DNA of 64,000 nt, from NCBI GenBank assembly GCA_965208835.1, contig OZ242358.1:3008001-3072000 (forward strand), written 5' to 3'. A program made the position numbers and the translations under genes. The notes under the pieces are model-generated. The model saw only the letters and a list, made by a program, of their open reading frames with translations, did no database searches and was not told the origin of the DNA. This document shows, one piece after another, positions 61,991-64,000 of this stretch (positions within the stretch are counted from its first letter, which is position 1; the number at the start of each line of letters is the position of its first letter). The stretch comes from Candidatus Latescibacterota bacterium (GTDB lineage Bacteria > Latescibacterota > UBA2968 > GCA-2709665).

Positions 61991-62631
61991 TGCTAATACC
62001 TCTCTGTTTCGTTTTTTGTGTCAATTGCGATATCAAACGGAAGAAATCGTCGAGGAATCTGTCTAGCGGATAGTTGGCCACCACGACTCCTATCCTCATC
62101 TATTTCGAACGTCGATCGAGGGAACGAATTCGAATTGTCGCATGCGCACAAATAGGTCGTTAACAGACTCCGCGCAGGATGCGCAAAGCCGCATTCAGGA
62201 CTCTACATCGGCCTGACGAAGCTACGCTTGAAAGCGACACGTGTGGTTTGTATCAGTTACACCGACGCTCTTGAGACACGACTCTGATATCGCCACTTGG
62301 ACTTGAGCATTTGCCCGCGAATTGCCCAACGTCTTGCGATGACTTCCGAATCACTGCAACGTTTCCTCACCGACTTCAGATCAACCAGCGTTTCCGTGCC
62401 AGATTCTTCAACGTAGAGTTACTGACAACGGCATCCAGAGGGGCCCGTATGGTACGGCCAATTATAGGCCAAAGCGAGTCTATGGGGAAGAAACTTAATC
62501 GTACATATACACCAGAACCAGCCGGATTCCGCCCATCGGCGATGCCTCGTGTTATTGTTGCCTACCGTCCCATTTTCGTACTTACTCAGCCGCGTTCCCG
62601 GGTCTACACGACCACCTGAGGAGATCAACCC

Positions 62632-63318
62632 ATGTGTGGACGTTTCACGCAGATGATGACCTGGCGGGAACTCCATGAGCTTTACGCCCTGGCCGAACCC
62701 CTGGTGACGCCGGACCAGCAGCCCCGATACAACGGGGCCCCCACCCAGGACTTCTCGGTATGCCGCACTGACGAGAACGGCGACCGGGTGATCGCCAGGC
62801 TTCGCTGGGGTCTGGTGCCCGCGTGGGCGAAGGACATCAAAATGGGCGCGCGCATGATCAACGCCCGGTCCGAGACCGTGCACGAGAAACCGGCTTTCGG
62901 CGCGGCATTCCGCTCGCGGCGGTGCCTGGTCCCTGCCGACGGCTGGTTCGAGTGGCAGCGGGCCGGACACGGCAAACAGCCCTACTTTCTGGCGTTGGTA
63001 GACGGATCGCCGCTGTCCTTCGCCGGCCTGTGGGAACGCTGGAACAGGGGCAGCGACACAATTGAGACCTTTTCCATCCTAACCGCCGCCGCCGACGCGC
63101 CGCTCGCGGACGTCCACCACCGCCAGCCCGCCGTCATCAATCCGGAACATTTCTCGGTCTGGCTGGATGGAGAATCGCCCGACGACACGCTCCTCGACCT
63201 GGCCCGCAAACCCCGGGCCGGCCCATACGAAATCCGGGCGGTCAGCACCCGCGTCAACAACGTCCGGAACGACGACCCGGATATCCTCACCCCAATGTCA
63301 CAGCAGCGGCTGTTCTAG
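62632..63318 (+). CDS. SOS response-associated peptidase (SRAP/YedK/HMCES family)
   Basis: N-terminal MCGRF, INARSET, RRCLVPADGWFEW, HHRQP. Confidence 0.95.
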   Translation: MCGRFTQMMTWRELHELYALAEPLVTPDQQPRYNGAPTQDFSVCRTDENGDRVIARLRWGLVPAWAKDIKMGARMINARSETVHEKPAFGAAFRSRRCLVPADGWFEWQRAGHGKQPYFLALVDGSPLSFAGLWERWNRGSDTIETFSILTAAADAPLADVHHRQPAVINPEHFSVWLDGESPDDTLLDLARKPRAGPYEIRAVSTRVNNVRNDDPDILTPMSQQRLF

Positions 63319-63678
63319 GCGGATCGGAGATTGCAAGCGGTCCAGACGGAAACGCTGAATGAAGAGGTGTCACGTAAGACACGAAATATCAATTATATAG
63401 CCAATGAATGGATAGAGGTCGATTCAGGCCTCTATTCTCCTTTTGGGTTGACCCCAAACGCAATGGATTGTATATAATCAATAATGTGGCGTTTGGCGTA
63501 ACCAGCAAGTGACATTCAAGAATTCGACTCGGTATTATGTCAGGCCCGCCTCGGCGTCATCTCCCACTGCCGTACGAGGCCGGAGTAGGTAGACTCATCG
63601 ACTCTACATAATGTGACACCACAGTGTACATTGCCTGCATATTGAGGACATTCTCGCATCCATCAAAGAGGCATCACC

Positions 63679-64000
63679 ATGGAATCGGCCGCTAAACGGA
63701 ATATCGTGAAATCCAAAATGAAACCGGCGACGTTTCGGTTCAGCAACATCGGACCCGTCAAGGATGCCAAATTGGAATTGGGAGAACTTACAATAATCGC
63801 GGGCCGAAACAATACCGGCAAGACTTACTTAGCGTATACGCTATATGCCTTTCTGAAAATGTACGAGGAATGGCCTGAACTAATCGAAGATGGGGATAGT
63901 GATTCATCGGCCCCTCGATTAATCAAGGACTTGCTCGCACGTGAATTGCTGCTTTTGGTAAGTTCCGAACACTCCGTCACTTGGGAAACGCGACAGGAAA
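63679..64000 (+). CDS. AAA_15-like ABC ATPase, partial (runs off the window)
   Basis: FSNIGPVKDAKLELGELTIIAGRNNTGKT Walker A region. Confidence 0.75.
   Translation, partial: MESAAKRNIVKSKMKPATFRFSNIGPVKDAKLELGELTIIAGRNNTGKTYLAYTLYAFLKMYEEWPELIEDGDSDSSAPRLIKDLLARELLLLVSSEHSVTWETRQE

Noticed and set aside
62000-62620. Integron attC sites or a 102-aa ORF next to the RM cassette
   Set aside because: No convincing R/L box pairing; the ORF has no recognisable motif
63520-63550. dif-like TTATGTCA
   Set aside because: Only a partial XerD-like arm, with no matching XerC arm

Overview
A GC-rich window from a diderm bacterium. FlgD/CTD-type secreted proteins, Sel1, ankyrin and Ig-repeat proteins suggest an FCB-group (Latescibacterota-like), possibly animal-associated organism; this is inference only. 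1-25.5 kb is core genome: a sigma54-promoted Omp85/DUF4390/NtrY/NtrX-like operon, ahcY-metK-ptsI-ptsH, a group II GGGP synthase, alaS-recX-recA-thpR-pgpA-pgsA-recR-ybaB-dnaX, a long (Alu-containing) SRP RNA, four tRNAs and tadA. 25.5-41.4 kb is an accessory region after tRNA-Asn with a Kef-type antiporter, surface repeat proteins, several intact and decayed toxin-antitoxin modules, an AAA/DUF4143 gene and an in-frame HigA antitoxin-SIR2 fusion. 41.4-48 kb is core (coaE, hflKC, pfkB-family kinase, recG). 48-64 kb holds an ankyrin protein, a small membrane protein behind a long structured leader, an SLBB/PDG-repeat/CAP lipoprotein, an imuA-imuB-dnaE2 mutasome, a lower-GC BsmI/Mva1269I-like restriction-modification cassette whose nuclease appears frameshifted at a homopolymer, a SRAP/YedK gene and a partial AAA ATPase. 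Best leads: the HigA-SIR2 fusion, the structured leader RNA, the complete sigma54/IHF/triple-UAS promoter and a candidate SOS box. All family calls come from motif recognition by eye; no database search was run.
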